DNA of 64,000 bases from Massalongia carnosa (lineage: Eukaryota), in NCBI GenBank assembly GCA_965645245.1, contig OZ287070.1, positions 2,108,001 through 2,172,000 on the forward strand, in the 5' to 3' direction. Below are positions 35,485 to 49,824 of this stretch, in pieces. The notes beneath the pieces are model-generated. The model was not told the DNA's origin. It was given only the letters and a program-made list of their open reading frames with translations, and made no database searches. Both the position numbers and the translations under genes were made by a program. Within the stretch, counting starts at the first letter, position 1, and each line of letters opens with the position of its first letter.

Positions 35485-38400
35485 TCCCGCCACATTGGTT
35501 AGCCGCTAACTGGCGCACAACAAGGTAGAGGCTTTTCAAGTCTGTTCTGGCAAGGAGCTACACTTCGAGGCTACTTCACATCAGCCAGTGCTTTGAACAT
35601 GGTGATATTAAGGGAAAGGCTGTGGTGGAAAAGCCACAAATCCGGGAGCCATTTATGAAGCACAGGGTACTCGTACGGTGTACTCGTACTCTGTTTTGTT
35701 ACGCAACTCGGGACCCAGCCGACAACTTCAATGACATCTTTTCTTTGTAAGGTCATTTCAAAGTGTGTTTTTCACCAATGCGTCCGATTCTATATTCCTC
35801 CAGTCCTCCGTATATTGAGAGCTGGTCATACTCGGTAAGTTGCGCATAGACAAGTTAACTAAAACAAACGCTGCGCAGAGTGCTCCACGCTAGACCCGGA
35901 AAATCATCCTATACGATGGCTAGAATCCCACCCGACATGACGTGCATTACTTGAGCACTTGAGCGATGACCTTGTGCCTTGGAGTTCAGGGCTTTGATGG
36001 TGGCTAATGAGTTGCGTTGCATTGCGCCGCTGCAGCTCATCTAGCTAGCCTTTTCTGGCGTTCTACTCCGTACGGAGTACAGTGTAGAGAAAAATGCAAT
36101 TTTGCACATTGCATTCCCCTGGAATCTTCTATCTATTTAGTCCCATACCCCTCGAAGGCCTGGGTCTGCTGCGACATCGTTTCCTGCTTAATCTGCACCC
36201 CAGGTTTCATAGCAGTTCCGCAGGGTGTTGGGATTTTCCCATTGGTTCTACTTGGTAGAAATATATTTGGCATCGTTTTTCAAGTCAAGCATATACAATG
36301 TACCTCTCGATCGGTGTGATCCCCGTCATTCTGGCATGCATGGGGGAGGAAGTAGGCTGCACTTTCGTATTTTCCATTTGTAGGTTCAGTTGTCTCAATG
36401 AACTCTGGAGGAGATTTTAATTGATTGGCTAATTAAAATGGAGGACCTTCTTATTGGCCATCAAACCAAACGCCAAAAACAAGACCTTAATACAACGGTA
36501 CTCGGATGATCAGCGCAGCTAATCTTATGCCTGTACGCCGTAATACTATCAGGGCTGATGCAAAAGTCAAAGCTGACACTCGAACCAACTAGTTATTCGG
36601 ATCTCCAAAACATCAACTACGGCTTAAGCACGGATATGCTTTCCAAGAGCTTTATAGCCCCTCACATTTTAGATGCTTCTATTTGTAAGGTTAGCGGTGA
36701 GGGTTTTTGGGAAGTCAGGAGCATACCTCTATTATGAGCATCATTACCGCCGGTACATCCGTGAACATGTGTAGGGGCTTGTGCCTGGTGATTCTGTGGC
36801 TGGCATTTGGTTGGGCAGCTCTGAGATCCCTTTACTAGAAAGTATTTATATGGATCTTCCTCAAGAAGATATCGTTCGACAGCGGCATGGCTATAGGAAC
36901 CGCTTGAGTATGGAGCCGTGTTAGCTGACGAGACAGACTGGGCTTTCTCTCTAGTGACCACATATATGAACACTATTAGCAATCTTTGCATAACGCTTGT
37001 CATGGATAGTTCACAGATCTCCAGAAAGACCAAGGAAGACTAACGCCATTTTAGATGATTTAAAAGGTGGTATTGAAAGCTCGTGGAATTATCTTCAATA
37101 TAGAAAATTGACTTCAGTAAAGGTTTGTCGTGATAATACTAGGAGAGCTTCAGGGTTGCGTTTGTCAAAAAGTTGAAGGGACGTCTCAGCTAAATAGACT
37201 TTCAATATTTTGGCCAAATACTCCTGGTAAAGAAGCTTGTCTCATAAAAGTCGTGAAGGATTGTCGTCACGCACAGCCAGGCTCTAATCTGAGTTTGCTA
37301 CACAGTTCGTTTTCATCCAGACTTTGCGGAATGAAACCTGGAGTACGGCCCACCAGGCAGGCAGCGTCGGGTTGCGCTCACTCCTGCATGCAGATACTAA
37401 ATGGACCTGGAACAAATCAAGGCCTGTCAGCTGGAAGACATAAGGAAAGCTAACACTATTAGTGATATGATATCATGTATACGGGTTCCTTGCACTCACA
37501 CGAGAAATCCGGCAGTGAGCATCATCAATAGCTACCGCAGGATATTCTGATACGGAACATGGATAGTGACACGGATCTCTGACGACAATCGATGCAGATG
37601 GGCTAATCTGCTTACTCAATTTTTTTTGGTACACGACTTGGTTGCAATTGCGTAGACCATCTGTCACTGGAGACGGAAGTTTGACAGGGATTCAAACCCA
37701 GCTTGGAAGCTTTGGTCAACTCCTTACCTAGGTAGCAGCTCCTGGGACAACGCGTGGAGTGCTGACAATCACACACTAGAATTGTGGCTTGGGAGACTTG
37801 AGACGTTTGGAATGTCTACCTTCGCCACGAGACCTATTGTGCACTATTCTCTACTATCCGCCCGCCTCGGAAATTTTCAATCAGTGAGTAATCCAACCTT
37901 GAATCATCTGGATAAAGCGAGATCCATCAAAGCCGTGCTCTGCTTGCCGTGTACGGAAGATAGGAAGATAGTGGACTGGCTGCATACAAGGACTTCCCTG
38001 GTCCATCGAGGTGTATTAACTGGACACAACAAATGATGCCATGATCTAGAAAAAGCTCTATGTAGTCATCGCATTGAGGTTGATGACCTCCCTGGCACTC
38101 GAAAGTGTGTCAAGGAGCTCACGCAGTCAAGAAATGGAGGCCCGATCTCTAGCTGCAAAACCAAACTCAGCCATCGGGGAAAGTTACGAACCAAATTGAA
38201 GCGATGCTAACACATTCTTCGTGCCCGCTTCCTCGAACCATGTGCCAGACTTCTGTCGCCTTAATTGCCTACTCTACTGATGCTGGCGATCCTTGAACTC
38301 TGCTAATGTGATAAGTCTTAGGATTAGTGGTCATTTCATTGCTGCATCGCCCTCAGATTCTACCAGCATCAACGCTCCTTCTCAAAAATCACTGGTGCAA

Positions 38401-41400
38401 GGGAGATGTATCATATGGAGAGATGTTTCGCTCTCTTTATTCCTTCAGAGTCCATGATAAAACTGCTCGTGCTCCCAACATGATCATCGCCATGGAAGGC
38501 TCCTTCGTGAGATCGAATGGCCTGCTTCGAGCAACTGCTCTTCGCATATCTTTTATCTACCATTACACAAGCGAAACCCTTCCAAAACGCGGAGCATCTA
38601 TAGGCCGAGTTAGACTCAAGAACTCATTTGAGATACGTAGGTCTTTCCCCTTCGAATAAGAAAAGGCACAAACGGAATGCGGGGTTGGTTTTCGTATTTT
38701 AGTTGGCATTGAGCTGCGACAATTTGTGTCTTTTCTTGCATTGATTTCTCGTTACGAGCCGTCAAGGCTCATGATCGGGCACGTGCCCCTCTCCCAAACG
38801 GCTCGTGCACTGACTGTCTCGATGGCGTGGTGCTGTTGAATCAGCAACTGTTTTGGTCCAGTCGGTGATTAATCTGGTAGCGAGCCATCTTTGCAGGGGA
38901 AGGCCGGAGCTTATCTATCTATATTCACAGAGTGAGTTTGCTGGTCAAAGCTAGTATCTTGGTGTGTTATGACATTAGGCTATATCACTCACAACCAACG
39001 ATAAGATTACAGATTGAGAAGGTGCAGCTTTCCATCGAGGAAAATATGTTGATATAAAAAAACTGGCTAATTAATCAACTGTCGATTCTTGGAGTTGCAG
39101 GCGTTGAAGTTTATGGAGCGTTTCGGTGCTTGGCATATGAAATCATTGCTTTATACATCTCTTCGGACTTTCGAGTTCCAGGTCTTTGTCACAACTAAAA
39201 TTCCTAATTATTAGAACCTCGCCAGAAAGGGGGTTTTCTCTTAATGTTGGACTAATATCACGATATTTAAAACGGCTTAACCTAGAAGTTCCTCTTCTCT
39301 CGGCTTGGGCGTGGTTCAATAGGAGCAAGTTAAAACTATATCCCTTGTTTGCCACGGCGATTAAAATGCACGTCCCCTTCTTCCCCGATGCATAAAAGAT
39401 AGCCCTATTGGGTCTTTGCGAAAACATGTCCCTAGTCAAGCTGAGCCTGAGAAGCCATTGGCGTGGTAGTCAATTTGAGGAAGATTGTTAGGTGATCTGG
39501 CCAGCCTACCTCAACCCAGCTCGATCAGGGCTCTCATGTGTCCCTTCATCTTCCTAAACTTGTCGTGTGTCGAAGCAGATCGCTGAATTGACGCTGTGAA
39601 ACGTTCGTCGCCTGAAATCTTTATTGTAATTGAAGCTCTGCTGGCATAGTAAAAAGCTCACTTTTGAAACGATTGATCTTTCTATCTACCTATCTAAGGA
39701 CCGTGTTTATATAGATAGAAAAACATGCCGAAAACCGTTCTCCCTATGACTCACCTTCCTGCTTCCTAGAAATCTAAGATTGGTGATTGACTCATATCCA
39801 ATTTATGACTCGATGGGAATGTTCATAGAAGTTTTGCGGTGCTTCTCGAGGTCGTTATGTGTTGCCTAATGTTCTTACCAACGCACTAATCCCAATGCGG
39901 TACCATGTGACTCTGAACACTTTACTAGGCATCAGCCGGGTGACTTTGCACATTACAACAATCTTGTCACAGCCAAGAAAGAGATCATACGCCGTCATGA
40001 TGTGTTTTGCAGCTATCGATGAGCCAACCGATGGTCGAGCAACTCTTGTATTACCGTCCTTTGACATTCCAGAATGGGAGAGATCTTGACTAACGTTTTT
40101 GATTTTCGAATGCTTCATTTGCAAAGGCTAGAAGCAAGATTTCGGTTTGTCTAATATGTTATCTAAGCTTTTCCCCAAGGTCTCCTATCCCAGCCAAGTC
40201 TACCCTTCTTCGCAATTCATATTATCATCTAAGAAAAGCAATTGGACAGAGCATCGACTTTAGAGAAACCACCAACGAGTGCAGCATTTCGAGGATATCA
40301 AAGGTTCTGCAACAGCAATCATCCTATGCAGGGGCTTGTGCAAAGCTGGTAAAAAGCCGGTACCTTCACGTGGACCAAGAACGAGAACACTGGAGATGAA
40401 GCGGCTAAATAAGTGGCACTGTTGCCTATGGACTTGGTCAAATTCGATCATCATCCTTGCTTCATCCTCTCTCCTGTCTTGCTTCAAGAGATTCATCAAT
40501 AACTGCACGTCAGAGGAACATCTCAAGCTAGTTCCTTGCCCTTGTGGAGCACCGCTCTAAGAACCCTTTCTGATCAATTAATATACCTTGGTCGTCTTCA
40601 AAACTCCCCACATTACGACATCTCTCTCCACAGAATCCAACCCGTTGAGATCCTGAGTAAGGTTCATACAGGTGATCCTCCATCATTCTATCTAGATTAC
40701 TGGAGCCCCTACGACCATGTCAACTTCTCGGCTGGTAGGCTAAGTAAAAGTATTCCTCAATGATTTCGCAGCTTTTCTTAATCCTTCATTGTTTGATATC
40801 CTGACCAATGTGTAATGCAAGTATAATATATATCATTCATTCCCATATTGTCTAGCTGGTTTTTCATTTACGCTCTCTAGGTTATCATACTTTAACCCGT
40901 TTTCTGCATAATAGAAGCTGATCTCTTCGTTACATCTGGATGATTGAAAAGTTTTATTCATTGTCTCCACATGTCCTTCTTCAAGATACCGACGGAAAGT
41001 ACACCAAGCATATTCCACAGAGTCCTTCCGCCACTATACCTCGCGGTCACTGACACCAAACCTTATTTTCGAAACTAGGGACTTGACCTGTCCGATTGTA
41101 GGGATTCCAGAAAATCTGGAAGATGCTAAGGCTTGAAACTGAGCAACGGCCAGGATAAGCGTAAAGAACTTGAGGTGTTGGTATGTGTCGACAATGCACG
41201 GCGGCAACGGGGACGCTCTTCGCATGAACTAATGCGCTTGGTGCAGGTCTGCACGCTTGACATCAACTGCAAAGGAAAGACGGAAGGTGCGTACGCCACT
41301 CTGTAGCAGCTGGGAACCGTGACAGTTAGCAAGTCTGTACAAAAGTGTGGTGTAGGCTTGATGGAATGCTTGAACTGACGCCCAAGCGCCCATATCGATT

Positions 41401-42759
41401 CGATTCTTGAAACTCATCTAGTCTCTAACTCAGGTAACTAATGTTACATCAACATCGATCCTCAAACCATCTCGCAACATGTCTCTCACAACGAAACTCC
41501 AAAGCAACGAATTTCCGCCACGCATTGCGCAACTATTGTCGTCAAGTCAACCAACATGCATGAATTTACATAACTTGAAAGGTAACGCTGGCAATTCCTG
41601 ATTCTGAGACTTCTATCCGTTGCGTGCAGGACTGCAGGACTACAGGAAAGCTGAATCGCATACAATGAAGGTTTCGCGTTTTCGCCTGCCTTTGACATGG
41701 CCTTAACAATACTACTCGATCATCGGTAAAACAGGATACAACGAGAGTTTGAAGGCGTTATGTACACAGTGACGCTAGCTGAATGCCACTATTCCCTCCG
41801 TCCCTGAATAGCTTTCATCCGTCCTACGCCAACACAACGGCACCATAGCCATATCTGCGTTACCCTTCATCCCGCACCCCTCTCCTCCTCGCCAAGTTAT
41901 ATCCCTTGTCATTATCATCATCATTATCATGCCCCTCTAACCTCCGATCCTCACCCACCGCCTACCCCCGCTCCCACCCCCACCCATCCCCTCAAAACTC
42001 GTCCCGTCACGTACCTAAACCCCCGCACAAAACCGAATCAGCATAATTTCCCTTCCCACATCTCAAAAGCCCCCCCCCTCCTAAAAAAACTGTCTGCTTG
42101 CCCGTTATCCCCTCTCCTTTCTTCATTTCATAACGTGAAGCAAAGAGAGCAAATGCAGAGAAAACAAATCAGAGACCCAACGTATAAGCATCGCGCGCAC
42201 ACCCCAGAGACTGGAGGAGCATATGACGATGCCTGCTGCGCGCCTTTTCCGGCTCTTCCTAAAGATTTCATATGGGTGGTACACCGTTTTATAAACGGTG
42301 TGGTGTTCATCATGTTTTTTTGTTTTGGTTTGCGGGGGAGGGGGGTTGATGATAAAGTAGGGGGTGAAGCGGAGGAGAGGGGAGGAGAGTGGGAGAGCAG
42401 TACCTGGTTTTTTTTTTGTTGATGATGGCCAGGTGCGGGGGTTGGCGCGAGAGGTGGGAGGTCAGGAGATGGGGAGGTGAGGTGAGGGGGTGGCAAGAGA
42501 AATTATGAGGAGAAAAAAGGGCAGACAGATGATGTGCGGTGCGGGAAAAAATAAAGAAAAAGATAGGCTTTGCCTAGCTAGCAAACTAGTTTACCGGGAC
42601 GGACCGTGCGGCTAGTTGGTTCTGTCTGTCTTACAGTACTCCGTATTTCGTAGGTAGAAGTGGTTAACGGAAGGTATCTAAGTAGTACTCCGTACTCTAG
42701 TTTACCTTCCCTATTAAAAGCCGCCCTGCCTAACACAGTTTACCCAAAAAAGCCCCAAA

Positions 42760-42810
42760 CGTGCCACGCCACCAGTAATCGTTTTCGACGATTACTGGTG
42801 GTGTGGCACG
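42760..42810. repeat. Intergenic hairpin with 23-bp arms and a 5-nt loop
   Basis: CGTGCCACGCCACCAGTAATCGT-TTTCG-ACGATTACTGGTGGTGTGGCACG, with a single G-T mismatch. Confidence 0.9.
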
Positions 42811-45532
42811 ATTACCCCGAGCAGCCCTGACTTAATTCCATACCCAAGACCTTAAAAAGCCAGCTCCGGATTGGGGCAACTTATGCGCTAGCTACTTTAG
42901 CTGGCTGGCTATGGTAGATAGGTATGTATGTAATCTGGTGTTTTTTCGTTAAGTCAGGGAGGGAGGAAGGGGAATGCTACTCCTCCAACTACATGAATAA
43001 AACAGTCATCGCCTGTCCACCAACTTTCCTATCTTATCCTTTCCGATCCCAGAAATCCCTGTTTTTCCATCTCGCCAGCTATCCACCCTCTGCCGGCCGA
43101 GAAGGGGTACCTGGTATGCGCGCGCTCTAACGGAAGGTGAACCATCTAAGTGAAATATCGACGGACTGGCCGAGTATTGAACAAACAACTAGCAAAACAG
43201 GCCTGCTACTGAAACAGACAGATAGATAGACGAACGTTGGGCGATTGATGCAGAGCGGTCAATTTAATATACGAATCTATGACTATGACACGAGCACAAC
43301 CGAAAGTGTTGAACGACCCGGAGGCAACATGACTAGATGACAGAGCCGATGAAACCGTCTGCGAAAAGCCCCCTTTTTGATCTCTCTAGCAGGCCGTTCT
43401 TCTTCACCTGGCCCAGAGGTGACCCGTGATGGGGCTTGCTCATCCCACCTCATCACACCGTATGCATCTACCGAGCGGCTCGGACATGCAACTATCCGCC
43501 CTAAAGAGAATATTTCTGCCTTAGGGACTGATCTCGGTTCTCCAGCCTTACCGTCCAACGGCAATGCTCTCCCGCATGAAGGCCATTGGAGTTGGTGGCT
43601 GGTGTATGGATGGATAAGTCAGTTAATTACCCAGTCGGATGACGGTAATAACAGGGGCTTCGTATTTCCCTCGTTTGGTCCATGCGGACTCGTAGATATG
43701 TTCAGTTTAGTGAGAATGGAGGTGTAAAACATGCACAGCGATTTTCCATGGAGGAGGAACGTATTTACTTTGATTTCAAGTTCGAGATCGATTTGAGCCT
43801 TCAAATCTTTGTTTTTCGCGAAATTTAAAAACTATGGTCGAGTTCGGAACATGATAATGAAATGATTAAGAAAGATGTCAAATTCCTTACACTCATATTG
43901 ACGCTTTCGTACAACAGTGGTCCTAGCCTTTGGAAGACATAGTGTCTATAATGATGACTTTCGCACGAACACATAGGGAAATCATATAACAAATACATAT
44001 CCTGCCATTTGATAGTCGCCTACCGCAGGGACTGTGCATGCTCCTATACAATGGGGTAATATTATAGTAGCCCCCCCCCCCCCCCCCAAACCTGGATGAT
44101 TTGTCCTCAGTTCCGAGAACTCGATGATGCTTTGATGGAAGGGCATGCGGGAGAAAGATCGAACTGAAGGCATGGAAACAGGGGGCAAGTCTATGGCCGC
44201 CTTATCCTGAAGCACGATGTTTGCATGAGAAAACCCTATTTCCAAATCCAGCCGAATGGCTTCTCGGTTCGTAGTGCTGTAGACTTTGACAAATGAAGCT
44301 CTTATGGCCTACGCTTTGTACGAGTTTCGTGGGTACCTTTCCACGCACGCTTCTTGTTTTAAACAACATGAGACCATGAAGATGTCATGAGAGATCCACC
44401 TCTTGCTCAAGTGATGCGTGGTCAGGCTCATCGCCTTTGGATTGGAGTGACGACGGATGTTATGCAACGATGGGGATTGTTTGATATGTGACTAGCGTAA
44501 GGCTAGTTCACCAAAGATAGTTGTTGAACAAAAAATCAACCAGGCATACGGCAGCGGGATGCAGGAGAAGAGGGTCTAGGGCTATCAAGGATAGGCAAAG
44601 AGAATTGCTTGGCAAACGTGATGCAGGTACTCCGTATTTCTGGTGAAGATACTCCAAATTTAGCTATCTGCTGCACTGAATTCTGAACGACTGAATAGCT
44701 AAATTACATGAGGAATCACCGACTGCTTGAGGGCCTCCATCTCGGCCTATATCAAATGCATGAACCTGCTTCCTTTGAACCTTTTCAGCTGGGCAAAATA
44801 CACCTTATTGCTGACCGGAGACACCGAGACATTCAGTGATCATGAACAGCTGAATTACCTCCGAAATGTAGCATTTTTGCTGCATACCTTTGCCTCCTCG
44901 TAGTTGCCGAAGTCGTGCCGATATCTGAAGCTTTTCGCATATAGCATATGATTGCCTAATCTGGAAATTAGTAAGCAGGAGGCAAAAGAACCTCGGTCGC
45001 AAATATTCAGGTATCTCGGCAAATTCCAATAATAGTAACCCTAATTAACTAGCAGATTCCAACGAACTTACATACCTACTCTGTACTCTACGAGTAACAG
45101 CTGTAAAAGGCAGTCTGTCATTGCATTTATGACGATCCTTACTATTCGATGCTGTAAGTCGTCCATCAACTCAACGTTTTAATCACAGCAATCCCGGCCG
45201 CAATACGATCCTTCATCTGTTCGGCTTTCTTCGTCTCTTTATGCCGCCTCCAATGAGTTCCTCTTCTGTTTCCTTGACTTCCTTTGCGTATCACCCATAG
45301 CATGACGTGGTATTGGATGAACATGACTTGACACGTTTCGCAAGCAAAGAACCAAGGGCTTCAACACGCCCTATTATCTAACGTAATTCACTATTCAACC
45401 GGACAAACCGCTCAACGGGACTAACTAAATTTCGCTTAACCTTTGAAGCCTTCCTCTTACCCATTTTACATACAATTTCGGCTTTATTGTCTAAGAATGA
45501 TAATTTAACTGCATGTAAGTTCACTGAAACAG

Positions 45533-47556
45533 TCACATTTTACGTGGTGGACGAACAATACGACCTCGTCTGGTAGTTTGAACCTCCTCCACCGCCTTCA
45601 CCTCCTCCACCTCCTTCACCTTCTTCACCTCTTTTGCCCCTTCTACTGTCTCTTTCGCCTCTGTGGTTGGATAGAGCATGAGGGGGGGTAGTAATCGTCT
45701 TTTCGAAGGACTATTAGGCCTTCTTTGTGGACTACAGAATTCTTTCTGAGAACTTTTCGATTGGGATGCGGGAGACGATTGACCTAGTAAATCAGGCCCA
45801 AATCGACACATTTCTCTGAATGCTTTGTTAAGGTCTTGCTCCGCTCGTTTTAATTGAGCGGCTTTCTTTTTGTCGTCCTTTATCTTCTGTTGATCTTTAG
45901 CCCATTGCTGTCTTTGTTGAACGTCTTCGAGGCTGAGGACTCGAGCCTTTCCACCAAAGTGAGCTCCGCTACGATTGGCTTTATGATGCCGCCGTACATT
46001 GGCCTGAAGAAGCTCGTTGTTGGTAATTCGAAGCAAGGTAGAGTCATCAAAGGCATATTTGGCCCCTTTTATCAATTTGTTTAGCGCTCGAGCGGGTGTC
46101 GAGTCTGAATTTTCATCATTTCTAATTCGACGAATCAGTTGATTTACTTGGTCGATATTTGCAGGTGTCTTTTCTATTTCGACGACAGCTTGCTGAGAAT
46201 TCTGAAGAACTGTCGGAGTGCCAGGGTCAGAGGCCGACATGATCTTCGGATCAATCCCGACACTCGAGGTTCTTGTAACAGTAGTGATAGTGGTAGTGGT
46301 GGTGGTGGTGGTGGTAGTGATGCTGTCAGTCTTTCGCAACACCGATTGTTTGTTAGTGAGTTTCTGAAGAACTAAAGAAGGATTGTATGGCACTAATCCG
46401 GTGGCTCTCCATGCGGTAAGCACTTTTTTTTTGCTGATTGCTTCTTTCCTTGCTTTTTGTATGATCTTCAGAAAGTCTACCTTGTCGACAGAACAGACGT
46501 TGAATCGAGTGACGATCTCCAACTGTTTTTTATATTCTCGTGATAGAGGTCCGAAAACGTTCACGTCTAGAGGCTGTAGTAAATGTGTAGTATGAGGAGG
46601 TAAACATAAAGGAACGATTTTCTTCTCATTGCAAAACTTAATGAATTCAGTAGAAATATGAAAAGCATGACCATCTATCACCAAAAGTCGATAATTTCCC
46701 TGTAAATATCTTGCTGTAGCAGGTTCAAAACATCTTTTCAGCCAATCGACACCCAGTTCGTTGTCTGTCCATCCATTTTCGCTGGTAGCGATCTCGCTGT
46801 GAACATCTTCCAAAACATCATACCAGGTCTTCTGTTTGTTTACCCCTTTGAAAATAACGAAGAGGGGTAGACTCCGGCCAGTAGTACAAATGGCCTCGAT
46901 TAATGACACCCATTCTCGATTAACTGATTTTACTGAAAATGCTTGCTTTTCGTGTTTAGAAATTACAACTTTAGCACTAGCTGCCACTCCCATCATGAAC
47001 CCCTTTTCGTCCATATTGTAAATGTCTTCATCAAGAATTCCGTGTTTTTCTTTGACAGAGAGAAAAAGATCGAACCAATGCTGAAAATCTCTTCATTCTC
47101 CGCAAATAAGCGTTCTTGATCTAATGTGCGACTGTATTTGGCCTGCAAATCGGAATGACGATGTAAAAAGTGCTGTTGCCAGTTTACTCCCAATGCAGTA
47201 TAATTTCCCCTCGCTCGCAATAATTCGATGGCCATCTGACGCAGTTGAGCGACTTTAGCAGGCCAGCCCCAAGCGTACAATTATAAAACCCAGTCCTTCA
47301 AAGCGTCTTCCTCCTCGGGTGTCAATAGTTGTCTAACTTGATCTGATGTAAATCGTGATTGACGACCCTGAATGCGAGCATGAAGAGTAGACTTTGAAAC
47401 TGCATACAGAGCAGCTGTCTTCGTGATGGACAGAACTCCGTCAGCTTGTTTCCAGGCCTGAAAAGCTGATTGTAATCGCTGCTGATATGCGGAGGTCGGG
47501 TGAGTAGATGGAAGCTGAAAGGTTTTTTTATGGGTAGAGTTTTTACAAACACCCAT
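45533..47556 (-). pseudogene. Fot1-like DD35D transposase (psq/CENP-B HTH + DDE_1), disrupted
   Basis: ATG 47556, with HTH region AALYAVSKSTL and LTPEEE. TAA at 47281-83 and a frameshift near 47085. Catalytic motifs YNMDEKGF, LVIDGH and HLLQPLD, with 35 residues between D2 and D3. Confidence 0.93.
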
Positions 47557-47803
47557 GATTATGATATCTAAATTGATGATATTGATCAATTATAATTAGG
47601 GGTTTTCACGGTTGATTTTCAAATTTCAGGTTTTTAGGGTTTTATTTTTCAGGTTATCAGGGTTTGGCGTTTAGGCATGAGTGTGCCCCGAAATTATTAG
47701 AAAATTTTAATTCTAATGCTTAGTCATTCAATCAGACGTTACCAACCTATTTTCTAACTTCTCATCTTCGATCGAGGGGACATTCTTGTCATTTTAAATA
47801 GTT

Positions 47804-49012
47804 ATGCCTCGTGTCAGCTGCAAAGTGCAGCTGGAAAGAGATTTGCGTTGTCTTTACTTTCTACATGATGCTACTGCATCATCATCGGATGAATCGGATG
47901 AAGCATTGAATTTCCTACTTCTAGCAGAAGGAATTCAAGAACAGCGTTATTTAACGCCCCGATTATTCGTTCCCAAATCCAATTGGGCGTCAGCTGTCCT
48001 TCCCAACCTTTCGGATGATCGATTCCGAAGTCTGCTACGCATGAATCGCTTTTCCTTTGATCATGTTCTCGGCTTAATTCGAAATGATCCCGTCTTTTTC
48101 AATAAATCTCGTGTCCCTCAAGCCTCCGTGGAACATCAGCTAAAATACGCTCTTTTTAGAATGGGACATGACGGTAGTGCCAGTGGATTCCTTCCTACAG
48201 CTACCATGTGGGGGATATCAGAAGGGCATGTTTTTAACTGCACCAAACGGGTGATAGAAGCACTGTGTCGGCTAAAGAATGACTTCGTTCAATGGCCCAG
48301 TGAAAGAGCTAGGATAAGAGAAAATTTGACCAATGATCAGAGACAAGATGGATTTATCGGGGTCGTTGGCAAGGTGGATGGTACCGACGTTGTTCTACAT
48401 ACAAAACCAGGTGGTAAATACGAAGGCGAGCTATTCTTCAACAGAAAAAAGAGATACGCGATGGATTTGTGTGCCGTATGTGACTCGAATAAAAGGTTTA
48501 TTTACTTTCTCAGTAGATGGCCAAATTCTCAGCATGATCAGCGTATATTCGCCGCAGGTGATTTGTGCCGGAATCCCGCCTTTTATTTCTCTCCCGGTCA
48601 ATATCTATTGGGTGACAGTGCCTATACGAATTCCACGTATCTGGTGACTCCATACAAGGCGCCGCATACTAGAGATCCGGATATTCGTCGATTCAACAAA
48701 AGACTGTCGCGAATTCGTATAGACATAGAACATGCATTTGGAATTCTGAAAAGAAGATGGAAAAGTCTGACCGGGCTGAGAATTCGAGTCAGGAACAAGA
48801 AAAGCTATACCTACGTCATCAAATGGATAACTGCATGTGTGGTGCTTCATAACATTCTTCAAGACATTCGAGATGAATGGAATGAAGAAGAAGGATGGTG
48901 GACAGAAGAAGAAGAGGCACATGACGAAGAATTGAAACAGCTAATCAGCAGTCAAATGACTGAAGGTCTGATCACAAGAGATCAGGTTAAACGATTGGTC
49001 ATCGGCAGTTAA
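47804..49012 (+). CDS. PIF/Harbinger (HARBI1-like, DDE_Tnp_4) transposase, 402 aa
   Basis: Open ORF with FRSLLRMNR.SF, GKVDGTDV, FFNRKKRY, WPNSQHD, YLLGDSAY and RIDIEHAFGILKRRW. Confidence 0.93.
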   Translation: MPRVSCKVQLERDLRCLYFLHDATASSSDESDEALNFLLLAEGIQEQRYLTPRLFVPKSNWASAVLPNLSDDRFRSLLRMNRFSFDHVLGLIRNDPVFFNKSRVPQASVEHQLKYALFRMGHDGSASGFLPTATMWGISEGHVFNCTKRVIEALCRLKNDFVQWPSERARIRENLTNDQRQDGFIGVVGKVDGTDVVLHTKPGGKYEGELFFNRKKRYAMDLCAVCDSNKRFIYFLSRWPNSQHDQRIFAAGDLCRNPAFYFSPGQYLLGDSAYTNSTYLVTPYKAPHTRDPDIRRFNKRLSRIRIDIEHAFGILKRRWKSLTGLRIRVRNKKSYTYVIKWITACVVLHNILQDIRDEWNEEEGWWTEEEEAHDEELKQLISSQMTEGLITRDQVKRLVIGS

Positions 49013-49383
49013 GATGACTAGTGATTGATCTCATACAACCCTAGTTGTCATTTCATTTCTTCCATTTGAAAGACTAGCATTCATTTGATTTGATGTCGTC
49101 TGATTTCCTAGTCTTAATTGGTCGCTCCCCCCCCTTCTTATTACCGCCCCCTCCTCTCCTGTTGGGGCTGGTTCTGAGAATTTCTATTGACTAGGTTTTC
49201 CTACAAAATTTCTAGACGAAGTTTCGAAGCTTCGTGGGTGGGAGGCTATTTATCCCCTTTCCCCGTGACCGAGTTCTAGCCCTATTAGCTTTAGGAGTCT
49301 CGGTCCTATCCGTAGTTGCCCATTTTAAAGTTGAATCCTGATTCTGTCCTGTCCTTGAACTTACCTGAGGTTCATTGAACTTA

Positions 49384-49824
49384 TGTCAAGGACTGGGTTG
49401 GGAATTGAACTAATGTTCCTAGGAATTGGATTGGATGATCAAGATGTCTTTATTAATGAGGCTATAGCTAGGAGGTGGTTTGCTATACAAGACGTCGGAC
49501 GAGGAGTCAACTATCTACTGGATATGTCCTCTTTTTATACCTGAGCCGGCCCCTTCTTTCTCATGTTTTACCTTCACCCTAGATGAGAGATTTTGGTGAT
49601 GGTGGCGGCGATAAGGTGGAGCGATAAGTGGGCCAGTGGATGTGATCGTTCTAGTGATAAGAGGGTATAGTGGAGTGAGGAGATTGGTGGAGTGGAGTAA
49701 GGGGTTTATTCAGACTCATACCGAGGATGAATCTGAATAGGCTTTCAGGTGGCTTTTACCTCGATCGCCGCTTGGCGGTTCGGGGTAATCAATTAGGTTT
49801 TAACTCAAACTTTATTTCATGACA
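49384..49824 (-). mobile_element. Solo LTR (441 bp) between the two Harbinger genes
   Basis: TGTCA...TGACA termini with the 5-bp target duplication ACTTA (49379-83 and 49825-29). On the minus strand TATAAAAAG (about 49531-39) is followed by AATAAA (about 49449-54). Confidence 0.9.
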
